Made by a program: the position numbers and the translations under genes
Part shown: positions 1-9,749 of the stretch, piece by piece
How positions within the stretch are numbered: the stretch's first letter is position 1
Layout: every line of letters starts with the position of its first letter
Notes under the pieces: generated by a model
Database searches by the model: none
What the model was told of the DNA's origin: nothing
Seen by the model: the letters and a program-made list of their open reading frames with translations, nothing else
From: Pseudomonas phage HPP-Temi
Sequence record: PP968062.1
Length of the DNA stretch: 64,000 bases
Direction: 5' to 3' (one strand)

Positions 1-150
1 CGTCCATTCTATTCCACAATTCGGCCAGCATGATGGGGTAATCTTCTCGCTTAGCTCCGCCATCTTCAAACTGTTCTAGTAGGGCAGAATACAGTTGTTT
101 TTTCGAAAGTGGCTGGAGTGCCCGTAACCAGCGGCGTAGCGTATTAATCA
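1..150 (-). CDS. hypothetical protein, N-terminal fragment (gene continues beyond window start)
   Basis: ATG at 150-148 preceded by AGGGAG RBS; open reading frame runs to window edge (MINTLRRWLRALQPLSKKQLYSALLEQFEDGGAKR...). Confidence 0.4.
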
Positions 151-226
151 TATAGAAAACTCCCTAATCCGCATTTTATGGCATATTGTTATTCCGTTGA
201 GTATTTCTCAACAGTGAGGTAGTAAA

Positions 227-739
227 ATGGAAACTCCGATCCCGGCGTTCATCCCGACAGAACCAGAGGTTATGTACTCTGAGCTTTCGTATGAAGATCA
301 GCTGAAGCTTACACAGAACGTGAAGCATCGCATTCTTCATGGTGTAATGACGTCCCGTGTAGACGGCGTCATTCCAACTGACAAAGAATCCATTGACTCG
401 ATGTTGAAAGTCATGGACTCTATGGATCGTACAACTATTCAGAACCGTCGGACTCAGATTGAAGCCGAAGGTAACAAGTCTGCTCGCGACCTCGTTGAAT
501 CGATGGCGGAGTTCATTAAACAAGCCAAGAACAAGAACCCGTTTGTGGCTGTACCCGGTGAAGATGGTAAAGGTGCTGAACCCACCGTTACCGAAGAAGA
601 TCTGGGCGAATTTGAACATGCTGCCGGTGAAGGTGAGATCGGCGTTATCAGTGAGACTTCTGAAGAGTTCAACGAACGTATGCGGGCTGACTTCGAGAGA
701 CGTTCCCGTGAAGAAGAAGCTGCATTCGGTCTTGTTTGA
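227..739 (+). CDS. hypothetical acidic protein
   Basis: 170-aa ORF with GAGGTAG RBS 7 nt upstream; protein-like composition, whereas the overlapping minus-strand ORF 176..745 translates to low-complexity nonsense. Confidence 0.55.
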   Translation: METPIPAFIPTEPEVMYSELSYEDQLKLTQNVKHRILHGVMTSRVDGVIPTDKESIDSMLKVMDSMDRTTIQNRRTQIEAEGNKSARDLVESMAEFIKQAKNKNPFVAVPGEDGKGAEPTVTEEDLGEFEHAAGEGEIGVISETSEEFNERMRADFERRSREEEAAFGLV

Positions 740-742
740 CGA

Positions 743-776
743 CATAAAGCCCAGCCGATTAGGGCTGGGCTTTATG
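743..776. terminator. palindromic stem-loop (CATAAAGCCCAGCC-GATTA-GGCTGGGCTTTATG), bidirectional terminator candidate
   Basis: perfect inverted repeat between convergent genes 227..739(+) and 780..1439(-); member of window-wide hairpin family. Confidence 0.6.
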
Positions 777-779
777 CTG

Positions 780-1439
780 TTATCGATCGATAGCTACATC
801 GTCGAAGTAACCGTTTTCATCGATGTGGATTTCAACGGTTGGTGGCTCGTATTCACGCATAGTCTTACGGACGGTTTCTTCTGTGGTTTTGACCAGTTCG
901 TCTTGTAACTTTTTTGCGAAGAGAACGCTTCCTGCCATGAGTGCAACACTAGCAATAGCACCTTTGTTTTGAGAGGCCAATTCCAGTGCGGGTCCGATAT
1001 TATCTTTCAGGCGACTGAAAAATCCTTTAACGCTCGATTCTTCTTTCTCCGATGGGATCGGCTGTAGTGTATCGAATACGTTCCCTGGCCAATTCTTAAC
1101 TCGGCGCCACTTCTCGCAGATAGCACCGAAATCAGTGATACCTTGCGCGAACCAATCGAAGATGAATCGATTAGTGGAAATCTTAAGGGTGATCTGATCA
1201 CCTGGTACAAATTCTTCACGAATCCATTTAACAATGTTTTCTTCGTAGAAGATTTCTTCTTTGTTGAAATCGTTCTTACTGGGAACGATTAACATTAGAT
1301 CCAATTCGACTTTGGTCTTATCGATTATTGTTTCATTTACACGCTCGATACATTCTTCGAGCCTGCATACAGTGTTAAGGAATTCGGCTTCGGTTAAACC
1401 GGTTGTTTTTACAGTCCAAAGAAAAGGGATGTTGCTCAT
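780..1439 (-). CDS. hypothetical protein
   Basis: 219-aa ORF, AGGTAAA RBS upstream of ATG at 1439. Confidence 0.6.
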   Translation of the reverse strand: MSNIPFLWTVKTTGLTEAEFLNTVCRLEECIERVNETIIDKTKVELDLMLIVPSKNDFNKEEIFYEENIVKWIREEFVPGDQITLKISTNRFIFDWFAQGITDFGAICEKWRRVKNWPGNVFDTLQPIPSEKEESSVKGFFSRLKDNIGPALELASQNKGAIASVALMAGSVLFAKKLQDELVKTTEETVRKTMREYEPPTVEIHIDENGYFDDVAIDR

Positions 1440-1565
1440 GAGTATTTACCTAGGTCTATTTAAAAGAACTGTAGGATAAAAGAATATAAAGAGCCTCCTC
1501 CTTATTCTTTAGTCCTACATATCCTTACCTCTCAGGTAAACCTTTCCCATGAACAGACATCTCCT

Positions 1566-2003
1566 TTACTTCTTCCACATCCGATAGATGTGACAACTTG
1601 TAAGGGTGAGCATTGTTCCCATAAACAATGCGGCCATTATATCGCTAGCACTCTCCTCTTCTTTCTTGTCATTCTGGTGTATGTAATCGTAATACTGTTT
1701 CTGCTCCTCTTTTACTTCAACGGAGTCATCAAGATCAATACCAACTAATAAACGCCATTCGTGATCGAGTATCCTAAATTCAGAAAGGATTGTTTCAGTG
1801 AGCTGTTCTTTAACCCACTCCCCATTACGTCCTCTATGAAGACACCAATACTCGCCTTTCTCTTTACAGATGTGACGCTCAACGCCTCGATAATAGAAAC
1901 GGAAATGTTTAATTACTTCTCTTATCGAATCGATGTACAACAGATCCGTTAAACGATCGACAGCAAAGTGGCTTCTAAGGACCTCTATGCTGCGAGTAGT
2001 CAT
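1566..2003 (-). CDS. hypothetical protein with C-terminal hydrophobic segment
   Basis: 145-aa ORF; C-terminal IMAALFMGTMLTLTS hydrophobic stretch. Confidence 0.5.
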   Translation of the reverse strand: MTTRSIEVLRSHFAVDRLTDLLYIDSIREVIKHFRFYYRGVERHICKEKGEYWCLHRGRNGEWVKEQLTETILSEFRILDHEWRLLVGIDLDDSVEVKEEQKQYYDYIHQNDKKEEESASDIMAALFMGTMLTLTSCHIYRMWKK

Positions 2004-2223
2004 TCGACGTTGATCGGTGTGGCATCTGCCTCATCGATCGTTGTAGAGCATTCTGGAGCGGTTTGGAATAGGTCTCCTCCAAAGGCAATGGTAGCACCAA
2101 TGACAACGCCGATGCTAATAGCGGTTACGATTTTCCAGTTCATGATAATTACCTCTTTTAAACAAGCCGTATCCGAGGATAAAGCTCAAATAGGTAATAT
2201 AGATCTGAAAAAAATTTTATTGA

Positions 2224-2256
2224 CATAAAGCCCTCTCCCGAAGGAGAGGGCATATG
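2224..2256. terminator. palindromic stem-loop GCCCTCTCC-CGAA-GGAGAGGGC flanked by CATAAA/CATATG
   Basis: hairpin family member directly after stop of 2269..2661(-); stem identical to copy at 51816. Confidence 0.6.
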
Positions 2257-2268
2257 CCTATTTACAAC

Positions 2269-2661
2269 TTACTTGAAGATACCAGCTTTGTAACCTTCAA
2301 CAACAGCTTTCGCCTCAGTTACAGAAAGTTCGTTGATGTGGGTACGCAGCGCCACCACCGCTTTGATGGTGTAGTCGGTATCAGCAACTTCACGCCAGTT
2401 ACCCTTACCTTTGGCCAGCTCTACATCCTGAACGTACAGAGCAGCCTTGAGAAGAGCCATGTTACGTTCAATCGTCTTCATGTCCATCTCCACGAGCTGT
2501 TGCAGGTGAGACAGGGACATATCGGACGCTTCACGAACATCGTCCATGAACGAACGGTTGTCGGCGTTGTTCAGGATATCGCGAGTGAGGGTAGCCAGAT
2601 TACCAGCAGTTGCGGTCAGGTTAACGAGGTGACCAGCGTATTTCTGAGCAAGAGTAGTCAT
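2269..2661 (-). CDS. hypothetical protein
   Basis: 130-aa ORF; AAGGA RBS upstream of ATG at 2661. Confidence 0.6.
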   Translation of the reverse strand: MTTLAQKYAGHLVNLTATAGNLATLTRDILNNADNRSFMDDVREASDMSLSHLQQLVEMDMKTIERNMALLKAALYVQDVELAKGKGNWREVADTDYTIKAVVALRTHINELSVTEAKAVVEGYKAGIFK

Positions 2662-2682
2662 TTTATATTCCTTTCGTTGGGT

Positions 2683-3384
2683 TTAGAACGGGAGGTAACG
2701 ACGGATACGCCACTCGTTTTCGGAGGGCGTAGTTTGGAACATCTTTACATAGTAGTCAATGAACGCGACACGGTAGACTTCACCGTATTCGCCAATTACG
2801 AACAGACGATCGATAGGACCGGCCTTAGCCAGCGCCTCTATGACGTTCTTGTCTTCAGCCACCTGACGATGCACCTCTTTAAGAGAAGCGTCGTACAGAG
2901 CTTGTTTGGCAGCTTCCTCAGCCTCTTGTATCTTACGCTCTTCCGATGCAGCGTAAGCTTCGCCGTAAGTACGACGAGCGAAGAGGATGTCTACTGCTTC
3001 ACCAGCGGACATGGAGTTAAACAGACCAGTTACAGCGGCCCATACGCCAGTCGGAGGAGTGGACTTGATGATCTTGTTGTAGCTTTCCAGCGGGATGACA
3101 AACTCACGGAACTTGGTGTCCGTCAGATCGCGGAGTTGCCAGGACTCTTCGTTGTTGTCGCGCTCATGGAACTGCCAACCGGTTTCATTTGAAGCTGAGC
3201 GTATCAAATTCATGGGAACACGACGGTGGAACATCGGAACGTTGGCGATATCGATCAGCGATTGACTACTGCCTTCGGTAGCGATCAGATCCAGCGAATT
3301 CTTAACCCCGTACACTTTGCACAGGAAATCGATGGAATAAGTCACACCAACCGCTACATCATGAGAGAGGTCTTTGTTAAACAT
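2683..3384 (-). CDS. hypothetical protein
   Basis: ORF track shows 2683..3492; I place the start at internal ATG 3384 (MFNKDLSH...), which sits 4 nt after the stop of upstream gene 3377..3733 and has an AAGGA RBS. Confidence 0.5.
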   Translation of the reverse strand: MFNKDLSHDVAVGVTYSIDFLCKVYGVKNSLDLIATEGSSQSLIDIANVPMFHRRVPMNLIRSASNETGWQFHERDNNEESWQLRDLTDTKFREFVIPLESYNKIIKSTPPTGVWAAVTGLFNSMSAGEAVDILFARRTYGEAYAASEERKIQEAEEAAKQALYDASLKEVHRQVAEDKNVIEALAKAGPIDRLFVIGEYGEVYRVAFIDYYVKMFQTTPSENEWRIRRYLPF

Positions 3385-3733
3385 GGAAGATATCCTTAAA
3401 AAGATGTTTGTTAGCATGTACGATGTAGTTGCATTCCGTATGCAATGCGATCGTGCGGTCGATTGTGTGAAGAAGATCGCCGACTTCATCATCGGTCAGT
3501 GTACATGTCCATTGAGTAAGTTGGATGTATCCACCAACATCCTCTTTGTAATGGCCGTAGACAGTAGCATCTGGTCGACCACCACGCATTGCAAAGATGA
3601 AAGCGTCACCACTGATATCAAGATCGTAGTAATGTCCATGCTCTGATCTGAGTGTAACGAACATCCGCGTAGGACACCTTTTAATAAGGCGTATACGCTT
3701 GGCTAACCGATTTATACTGTCTACGTTAAACAT
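3377..3733 (-). CDS. hypothetical protein
   Basis: 118-aa ORF; AAGGA RBS before ATG at 3733. Confidence 0.5.
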   Translation of the reverse strand: MFNVDSINRLAKRIRLIKRCPTRMFVTLRSEHGHYYDLDISGDAFIFAMRGGRPDATVYGHYKEDVGGYIQLTQWTCTLTDDEVGDLLHTIDRTIALHTECNYIVHANKHLFKDIFHV

Positions 3734-3749
3734 GGGTAGTCCTTGACGA

Positions 3750-4061
3750 TTAGACGTCAGTGAGTAACTCCTCGTAGCACTTACCCGTTTGCAGATCCAG
3801 ACTATCCTGTTCAGTGAGATCCTGACCAGAATCGTACTTCATGAATGCGTGTAGGTAGGCTGTGGAGACTGTGCGGGTATTGAAGAACTTGGCATAAACC
3901 AAGAAACGATCGATATCCTCTTTAGGATCGACCGTAGCTACAGCGAAGCAGTCGATGTCACGGCCAGGGAGAGTTTGTTCAAAGCGATAGATGGATATCA
4001 CCTTGTTTTCATCGTCATCCCGATAGCCGCATTCCAGCAGTCTGTGTGTCTGGATGTTCAT
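3750..4061 (-). CDS. hypothetical protein
   Basis: 103-aa ORF; start ATG overlaps stop of upstream gene as ATGA (translational coupling). Confidence 0.5.
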   Translation of the reverse strand: MNIQTHRLLECGYRDDDENKVISIYRFEQTLPGRDIDCFAVATVDPKEDIDRFLVYAKFFNTRTVSTAYLHAFMKYDSGQDLTEQDSLDLQTGKCYEELLTDV

Positions 4062-4432
4062 TTCGCTACTCCGTTCATTTCAACCAGGATATTGCGATAG
4101 TGCATCCCGGTGATGGTGCGGAAGTTGTTGATCATGGTATCCGTACGGCTGTTATGTACCGAGGTACCTTTGCTGATGGCACGCGATACGTCCTGGAGAG
4201 CGATGACTTCCTTGAGGGGAGGAACTCCATTGGCGATCCATTGGTCCATCACAGCTTGAACTTCTTCCTGGACCTTATCACGAATACCCATCTTCTGTTC
4301 GTGCTTTTTGTAGATACGCTTGTTCTTGGTGCGATGCAGGATTTCCCAGGACATCCAGTGGGAACGTGCTGAACGTTGGATTTCAGCGATATCGAACTTC
4401 AGTGCAGCTTCCAAACGCGACATGTGTTTCAT
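4058..4432 (-). CDS. hypothetical basic protein, possible DNA-binding/regulatory
   Basis: 124-aa ORF; AAGGA RBS 9 nt upstream of ATG; basic, helix-rich composition; function not recognisable. Confidence 0.5.
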   Translation of the reverse strand: MKHMSRLEAALKFDIAEIQRSARSHWMSWEILHRTKNKRIYKKHEQKMGIRDKVQEEVQAVMDQWIANGVPPLKEVIALQDVSRAISKGTSVHNSRTDTMINNFRTITGMHYRNILVEMNGVAK

Positions 4433-4507
4433 GAGTATTTCCTTTTTACATGAGTGTTAATATCACATTTGTAATATAGGGTTTAAAAGGGTTTAAATGT
4501 AACTCAA

Positions 4508-4538
4508 CATAAAGCCTCCCTTCGGAGAGGCATTTATA
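4508..4538. terminator. stem-loop with UUCG tetraloop flanked by CATAAAGCC/GGCATTTAT
   Basis: imperfect member of the hairpin family, immediately after the stop of 4539..4883(-). Confidence 0.45.
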
Positions 4539-4883
4539 TCAGCATGATGCTCTCAGTAGGTACGAAGACGTACCCACAATAGACTTCAACAAAGAACGCC
4601 AGTGTTGGTTGTGTAAGCCCTCTAGGAGCTCCACCACAACCCCATCCCGCCAATTGGCGGTAAGGACACACATTTCACCAAAAGACACCGTAAACAGCGT
4701 TTTAGACCGTTTCTCGGGGACATGTATTCGAAGTTCTCCCAAGAATAGTTTAGCTTGATTCCTGAAGATGTATTCGAACCGACTAGTAATAGCGGAAAGA
4801 TCATGTCGGTAATGTGGTAATAGGAGATAGTAGAAGTTCTCAAGGATTACTTCTAATGTCTCCACTCTTTCTTGTTCTGTCAT
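4539..4883 (-). CDS. hypothetical protein, translationally coupled to the upstream SbcC-like gene
   Basis: 114-aa ORF; ATGA overlap with stop of 4880..7372. Confidence 0.5.
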   Translation of the reverse strand: MTEQERVETLEVILENFYYLLLPHYRHDLSAITSRFEYIFRNQAKLFLGELRIHVPEKRSKTLFTVSFGEMCVLTANWRDGVVVELLEGLHNQHWRSLLKSIVGTSSYLLRASC

Positions 4884-7372
4884 TTGATGGTAACGTTTTT
4901 GTTATAGGCTTCGGGTACAGTGATATTAGTCGGGTTAATGACTACAATCTCTGCGTTGTTGAAAGCACCATGAGTGGATTGGAAGTGACTGATAAAAAAC
5001 ACTTGTTTGAATTGACCGTTTTCAATTAGACGAGAAATGAACGGGATTAAGTTTGCGCGGTGTTGTTCATCAAAGGTACGACCAAACTCATCGAGGTACA
5101 ACGGCATGTCTTCCAAACCCAGGAATTTCAGAATAGCCATCTTGAAAGCAAAGTTCACAATCTCAAGTTGGCTATCAGAACCATAGGAAATGTCAGGTGC
5201 CATTACTTGACCACCAGCCACCTTAAGTGGGAAGTTATAGTCAAGTTCTTCTCTTTCTACTTTGGAGGGCAGTACTTCCATTGGGTAGGTCCATACCTCA
5301 TCAATGACCGCATTTACGATGTAAGTAACACCTTGAAGGAAGCCCAGCATATAACGACCCAACAGACCTCCATTAGGGGACAGAGACTTGATTAGAATCC
5401 CAAGGTCACTATGGATTTCAGTTGCGTTAGTTACTTCGTTCTCCAGAGTACGGATAGTCGTTTCACGTTGTTCCATCTGAGTTAGTTGACGAGTAGTTTC
5501 CGCCAGCTTAACTTGAATGGTTCCAATCTCTTCACTGTAAGCACGGTCCAGCAGATACTCAGCGTGACGTTCTACTTTATCAGTCCACATCTCGTAACGA
5601 TCCAGTACGTCATGAATACGTTTGTTGTTACGGAGAATGGATTGCTCACCAGTGCGTAGATCTTGCATGTACTGATTGATATCGGAAGCTTTAACGTACA
5701 TGACGTTGATTTCAGTTTCCAATTCCTCTGCTCGCCGTTTCATATAACCGATAGCGTCTTTGTCAATCTCGGCAATAACCTTAAGACGTTTCTCTACGTT
5801 CTGCGCCAGCGCCAGTTCAGTGCAGGACATTACGTAAGCACGCATTGCAGTATGCCATTGCAATGCATCGGTTTTATGTAGCGCAGGGGTACGGTACATG
5901 ATCATGTTACCACCGCAGTAATCCCAAAGCTCGTTGAATTCAGGATAGTCTTTGGTAAGCGACATGAACTGGAACACATAACTGGAATAGTCTTGGAACT
6001 TCTCCAAATACTCAGCTACTTCTTTCTGTTCAGCTTCAATACGATCAACCGCTTCATGCAGTTTAACCTTAGAAGCTTCCAGGGCTTCTCCTTCTGAAGG
6101 ATCAACCCCTGGTTTGAACTCGTGAGTACAAGATGGACATACAACTGTCTCACAACCTTTCAAACGGTTAAGACGACTATTAACTTGATCGATCTTATCG
6201 TTTACTTGGAAGAGGATATTACGTAGCTCTTTTTGACGTTCTTGTTTCTTTGTGGCTTCTTCACGGTTCATCCAGCCGTCGCCGTTATCCGGGAAGCTAG
6301 TGAGTAGATCAAACCAACGATCGAACATACCATCAAGTTTACAGATTGGGTCAGCACCATTCGTATTGAATTTAACGATTGGGAACTGACCAGTGTAAGC
6401 ACGCATGACCGCCAGATTAGATTCAACATTAGCAAGGTTAGTTGCATGTTGTTGTTTCAGAGCATCGATCTCTTCTTCCGATACTTCTATAGAAGACGGA
6501 GCGTTAGTACGAAGCTTTTCCAGTTCTTCTGCCAGCCGGTTAATAACCGCATTGATCGAAGAGTACTGTTCGGATACACGGTTGAACTCGTTTTGATATT
6601 CGCCGTGGTTAGCTACACGAATAGCAGCCGGTAGCATCGGATAATCTTTCAGACAAGCACGGGCATCATTCAGGATAGATTCCAGTTCTTGCTCAGCTTG
6701 TTGTACATTGGAGAAAGCTGGACGAAGATCGTTTTGCTTCTCTTGGAACAGTTTGTTCAGACGACGAGTAAGACGGGAAGTCTCTTCTCGCATCAGCGTC
6801 ATCTCACTGTCACTAAAGATATCATGGTTCTCAGTGACCAGACGTTTAGTGATAAGATCGATTACACCTTTTTGACTACGGTGTTCTTGTTTGATATCTC
6901 GGTAGATATCTAACGCATAGGTAAGATCCACAGTGGACATACGGGTAAGAATCTCACGGCGTTTAGCCGTGGACATACCAGTGAACTTAATACGACCAGT
7001 TGCGATCTCATGGATCTCACGGGTCAGTCCAAATTCTTGTAGGCAAAGTTCTTCTTGGATTTTGAAAGTACCGCCACTGTTCAGTTCTTCGTTGTTACGA
7101 AGGAACGAGTGACGACCAGTGCCATGTCCATAAACGGAATGCAACACGTAGAGGTTGCCTTGGTGATAGCAATGGAATTCTTTAAAGCCATCTTTATCGA
7201 AGTTTGTATGCCGAGAAGGCAACGGAGTCAGTTCGTCCATAACGGAAGACTTACCGGAACCATTCGACCCCAACATAATCATCATGTTCTTGGTGGGAGT
7301 CCACTCGAAGAATTGAACGTTGGCAGTCATAAGACGTTTGAACTTCTTCAAACGTAGGAGAGTGATTTGCAT
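4880..7372 (-). CDS. SbcC/Rad50/T4 gp46-like SMC-family recombination ATPase
   Basis: N-terminal P-loop GSNGSGKSS; long coiled-coil middle; central CxxC zinc-hook (VVCPSCTHEF); C-terminal Walker B (PLYLDEFG) and H-loop (FISHF). Confidence 0.8.
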   Translation of the reverse strand: MQITLLRLKKFKRLMTANVQFFEWTPTKNMMIMLGSNGSGKSSVMDELTPLPSRHTNFDKDGFKEFHCYHQGNLYVLHSVYGHGTGRHSFLRNNEELNSGGTFKIQEELCLQEFGLTREIHEIATGRIKFTGMSTAKRREILTRMSTVDLTYALDIYRDIKQEHRSQKGVIDLITKRLVTENHDIFSDSEMTLMREETSRLTRRLNKLFQEKQNDLRPAFSNVQQAEQELESILNDARACLKDYPMLPAAIRVANHGEYQNEFNRVSEQYSSINAVINRLAEELEKLRTNAPSSIEVSEEEIDALKQQHATNLANVESNLAVMRAYTGQFPIVKFNTNGADPICKLDGMFDRWFDLLTSFPDNGDGWMNREEATKKQERQKELRNILFQVNDKIDQVNSRLNRLKGCETVVCPSCTHEFKPGVDPSEGEALEASKVKLHEAVDRIEAEQKEVAEYLEKFQDYSSYVFQFMSLTKDYPEFNELWDYCGGNMIMYRTPALHKTDALQWHTAMRAYVMSCTELALAQNVEKRLKVIAEIDKDAIGYMKRRAEELETEINVMYVKASDINQYMQDLRTGEQSILRNNKRIHDVLDRYEMWTDKVERHAEYLLDRAYSEEIGTIQVKLAETTRQLTQMEQRETTIRTLENEVTNATEIHSDLGILIKSLSPNGGLLGRYMLGFLQGVTYIVNAVIDEVWTYPMEVLPSKVEREELDYNFPLKVAGGQVMAPDISYGSDSQLEIVNFAFKMAILKFLGLEDMPLYLDEFGRTFDEQHRANLIPFISRLIENGQFKQVFFISHFQSTHGAFNNAEIVVINPTNITVPEAYNKNVTIK

Positions 7373-7440
7373 TGGTAAGCCCTTAATATCGTACGTTACC
7401 CTATAGGACTATGGTCACAAGTATTTATTCAGAGGAACCT

Positions 7441-8250
7441 ATGGAAGCTTCAATTTTTAAACTGGTAAGTATTGGTCGTGTAGCAGCAAATAAAGAACGT
7501 GCATCTCGGCATGTAGATGTACTCCCGGTTGAACTGGCGACCGGTACCGATGGTGAGGTAACATTCGATCCTCAGCAAGAAACACTACAAGGCTTTGATG
7601 CTGAAGGTAATCAGTACAACGTCAAAGCAACAACCACACGTACCACTAACTGTGAGTGGTTACCGAATGAAGATAACCGTGTAACACCACCCGATGTACG
7701 TCGTAACGAGATCGTTGAGATCTGGCGTATGGGTGACACTGATCAATATTACTGGCGGAGCATGGGTCTACGGAATAACCTACGTACACTAGAATCCGTT
7801 GTATTTGCCTGGAACGCTTCTCCTAAACCTGGTGGCGCCGGTATTGACTTCTCGTCTTGCTATTTCATGGCTATCTCTGCTCATGACAAGCATTGGACTA
7901 TTGGTACCTCTAAAGCCAACGGTGAAGCTTTTGCTTATACGTTCCAGATCAATACTGATTACGGTGCCGTGTATATCAAAGATGACGTAGGACAGTTGAT
8001 TGAACTCGATTCTAAAGAACGCCGCCTACAATTGAAGAATGCTGATAATAGCTTCTTGAAAGTAGAGCGTCAATGGATCGAGATGTCTGCTGACGATCAC
8101 ATCAAAATGACTGTTGGTGGGACCACGATGGAACTTAAGCCTGCATCCATTGATACGAAGACATCAAACACCACGTTGAATAGTTCTGGTACTCACACAA
8201 CTATAGCTGGTCACATCATCGAACAAACTGGTAGATGGGATATTCTCTAA
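7441..8250 (+). CDS. baseplate central spike protein (gp5 / gpV-like) candidate
   Basis: ATG 7441 with AGAGGA RBS (ORF track start 7411 has none); ~270 aa, beta-rich with Thr/Ser-rich C-terminus; immediately followed by a PAAR gene overlapping as TAATG. Confidence 0.5.
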   Translation: MEASIFKLVSIGRVAANKERASRHVDVLPVELATGTDGEVTFDPQQETLQGFDAEGNQYNVKATTTRTTNCEWLPNEDNRVTPPDVRRNEIVEIWRMGDTDQYYWRSMGLRNNLRTLESVVFAWNASPKPGGAGIDFSSCYFMAISAHDKHWTIGTSKANGEAFAYTFQINTDYGAVYIKDDVGQLIELDSKERRLQLKNADNSFLKVERQWIEMSADDHIKMTVGGTTMELKPASIDTKTSNTTLNSSGTHTTIAGHIIEQTGRWDIL

Positions 8251-8516
8251 TGAGTGGAGTAGCCGTTTGTAATATAGATTCTGCTGGGGGTACGATCCGT
8301 GCCTCTGGTAACTCAACTGGCTTCTATCGTGGACAACCTATTGCTGTACTAGGTGATCCTGTAGATAACCATGGTCGTTCTCCTCACAGTAGTGCACGTA
8401 TGACTCAAGCATCTATTAAAGCTTTTATCAAAGGCGTACCGATTGTTCTCCAGGGAATGTCTGCTAGTTGTGGACACACTGCTACTGGGCGACCGGATGC
8501 GACATGTAATCAATGA
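8250..8516 (+). CDS. PAAR-repeat spike-tip protein (T4 gp5.4-like)
   Basis: 88-aa protein with PAAR-type motifs ([19 protein letters not shown]); start overlaps upstream stop (TAATG). Confidence 0.7.
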   Translation: MSGVAVCNIDSAGGTIRASGNSTGFYRGQPIAVLGDPVDNHGRSPHSSARMTQASIKAFIKGVPIVLQGMSASCGHTATGRPDATCNQ

Positions 8517-8518
8517 CA

Positions 8519-8552
8519 ACATAAAGCCCTCCCGACTGGGAGGGCTTATGCC
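8519..8552. terminator. palindromic stem-loop ATAAAGCCCTCCC-GACT-GGGAGGGCTTATG
   Basis: between convergent genes 8250..8516(+) and 8554..9738(-). Confidence 0.6.
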
Positions 8553-8553
8553 G

Positions 8554-9738
8554 TTAAACGCCTTCAGCTTCGTAATGCTTGATGCAGTGACTAATGAAAG
8601 TCAGATACACGTTAAGCGATACAGCCAACCAGTGAGTATAGAAACCCATGGGTTCAGCGAGCTTCTTCGAAATCTCACCGATGATAGATAGAACAGCGTT
8701 GTAGGATTTACCTGCTGTTTCACCTTGTTCGGCGATCTGACGAATAGCGTCGTCCACAACTACCTTGACCGTGGCAAAGTCCCGCTGACCCGCTTCAGCC
8801 TTCTCTGCAAGAGAAAGGATGCTGGAGATCAACTGGGTGATTTCACTCAATGTGCGGACAGAAGGTACATCGATCTCACGGTCAGAACGGTCAGCTACGT
8901 TAAGCTGGAGTTCTGCGAACTGCATTGTGAACGAACGTCTTACAACATCCTCGTTCGCTACTTTACTATTACCCAGCATCTGAGTGATTACATCAGGCGG
9001 AGTATAGATGAACGCAACGTTGCCCGGTAGGACAACAGAACGATGAACACCTTTCTCGGCAGTAGTCAATTCACGCGCTTGTAGCGGTGCATGACCCGGC
9101 GGAGGAGTAAAGTCACGTTGAAGGATATTTGCAAACGTTTCAACCACTTCACCTGCTACTTCGTTAACACTGGAATCCTTAGATGCTTCCAAGATGTTCA
9201 AGAACGAACGAGAGCTATTCCGAGCAATCTTTGTAACGGATCGGGGGTAATGGTTAAGAATGTAGTTGGTCAGGTCTTTGATGTCGTTCAGGTGGTTGAG
9301 ATCCAACCCCACGAAGTTGCCATCGATAGATAGACGCTGTACACCAGCTACAGACATTTTCTGATAAGTAGTAGCCGAACCCAGTTTACCTAGACGCCGA
9401 CTAATACTTTCTTGGGTACGACGGACACGACGGATGCTACCGGTGAATTTGACGTAGAAAGAGTTAAGCAATTCCCAGATATAGCGGACAATATCACGGG
9501 TAGCTTTCGCAGCCGCGATGATACCTTCTTTAATTGCTCTCAGAGTAATCTTAGAACCTTCTTTGATATCAAAGTCAGGATCGATACTCTCAAGGGCTAC
9601 CGAGATTACCTCAGCAGTAGCCCCTGTTACTTCGTCACGTCCAACCAGCAGATCGCGGTAGCGCTCTAGGGAAGTACTCAGACGTTGGATCTTGTCCAAG
9701 TCAGCCGTTACTTCGTTCCATTGTGCTAGATAGGACAT
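8554..9738 (-). CDS. hypothetical virion-associated protein, paralog of 9750..11510
   Basis: 394 aa; shares blocks (GVQRLSIDGNFVG vs GLQRLSIGKEFVG, and others) with the next gene. Confidence 0.6.
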   Translation of the reverse strand: MSYLAQWNEVTADLDKIQRLSTSLERYRDLLVGRDEVTGATAEVISVALESIDPDFDIKEGSKITLRAIKEGIIAAAKATRDIVRYIWELLNSFYVKFTGSIRRVRRTQESISRRLGKLGSATTYQKMSVAGVQRLSIDGNFVGLDLNHLNDIKDLTNYILNHYPRSVTKIARNSSRSFLNILEASKDSSVNEVAGEVVETFANILQRDFTPPPGHAPLQARELTTAEKGVHRSVVLPGNVAFIYTPPDVITQMLGNSKVANEDVVRRSFTMQFAELQLNVADRSDREIDVPSVRTLSEITQLISSILSLAEKAEAGQRDFATVKVVVDDAIRQIAEQGETAGKSYNAVLSIIGEISKKLAEPMGFYTHWLAVSLNVYLTFISHCIKHYEAEGV

Positions 9739-9749
9739 GTGTTCACCCC

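Noticed and set aside
176-745. 189-aa minus-strand ORF overlapping 227..739
   Set aside because: Exact antisense of a more protein-like acidic ORF that has a strong RBS. The minus product is F/T/S-rich low complexity.
2254-3192. 312-aa plus-strand ORF
   Set aside because: Lies antisense across three well-supported minus-strand genes and starts inside a terminator hairpin. The translation is low-complexity (LH/V-rich), typical of an antisense shadow frame.
3377-3733. Possible SbcD/Mre11 partner of the SbcC-like ATPase (GHYYDLDISGD)
   Set aside because: Only a superficial GH/GD resemblance. The N-terminal DxH and the GNHD/E motifs are absent, and 118 aa is too short for a phosphoesterase.
4620-4780. 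tRNA-like 'ttcgaacc' string
   Set aside because: No acceptor-stem or anticodon-arm complementarity around it, and it lies inside a coding ORF. I found no tRNA-like cloverleaf in any intergenic gap.
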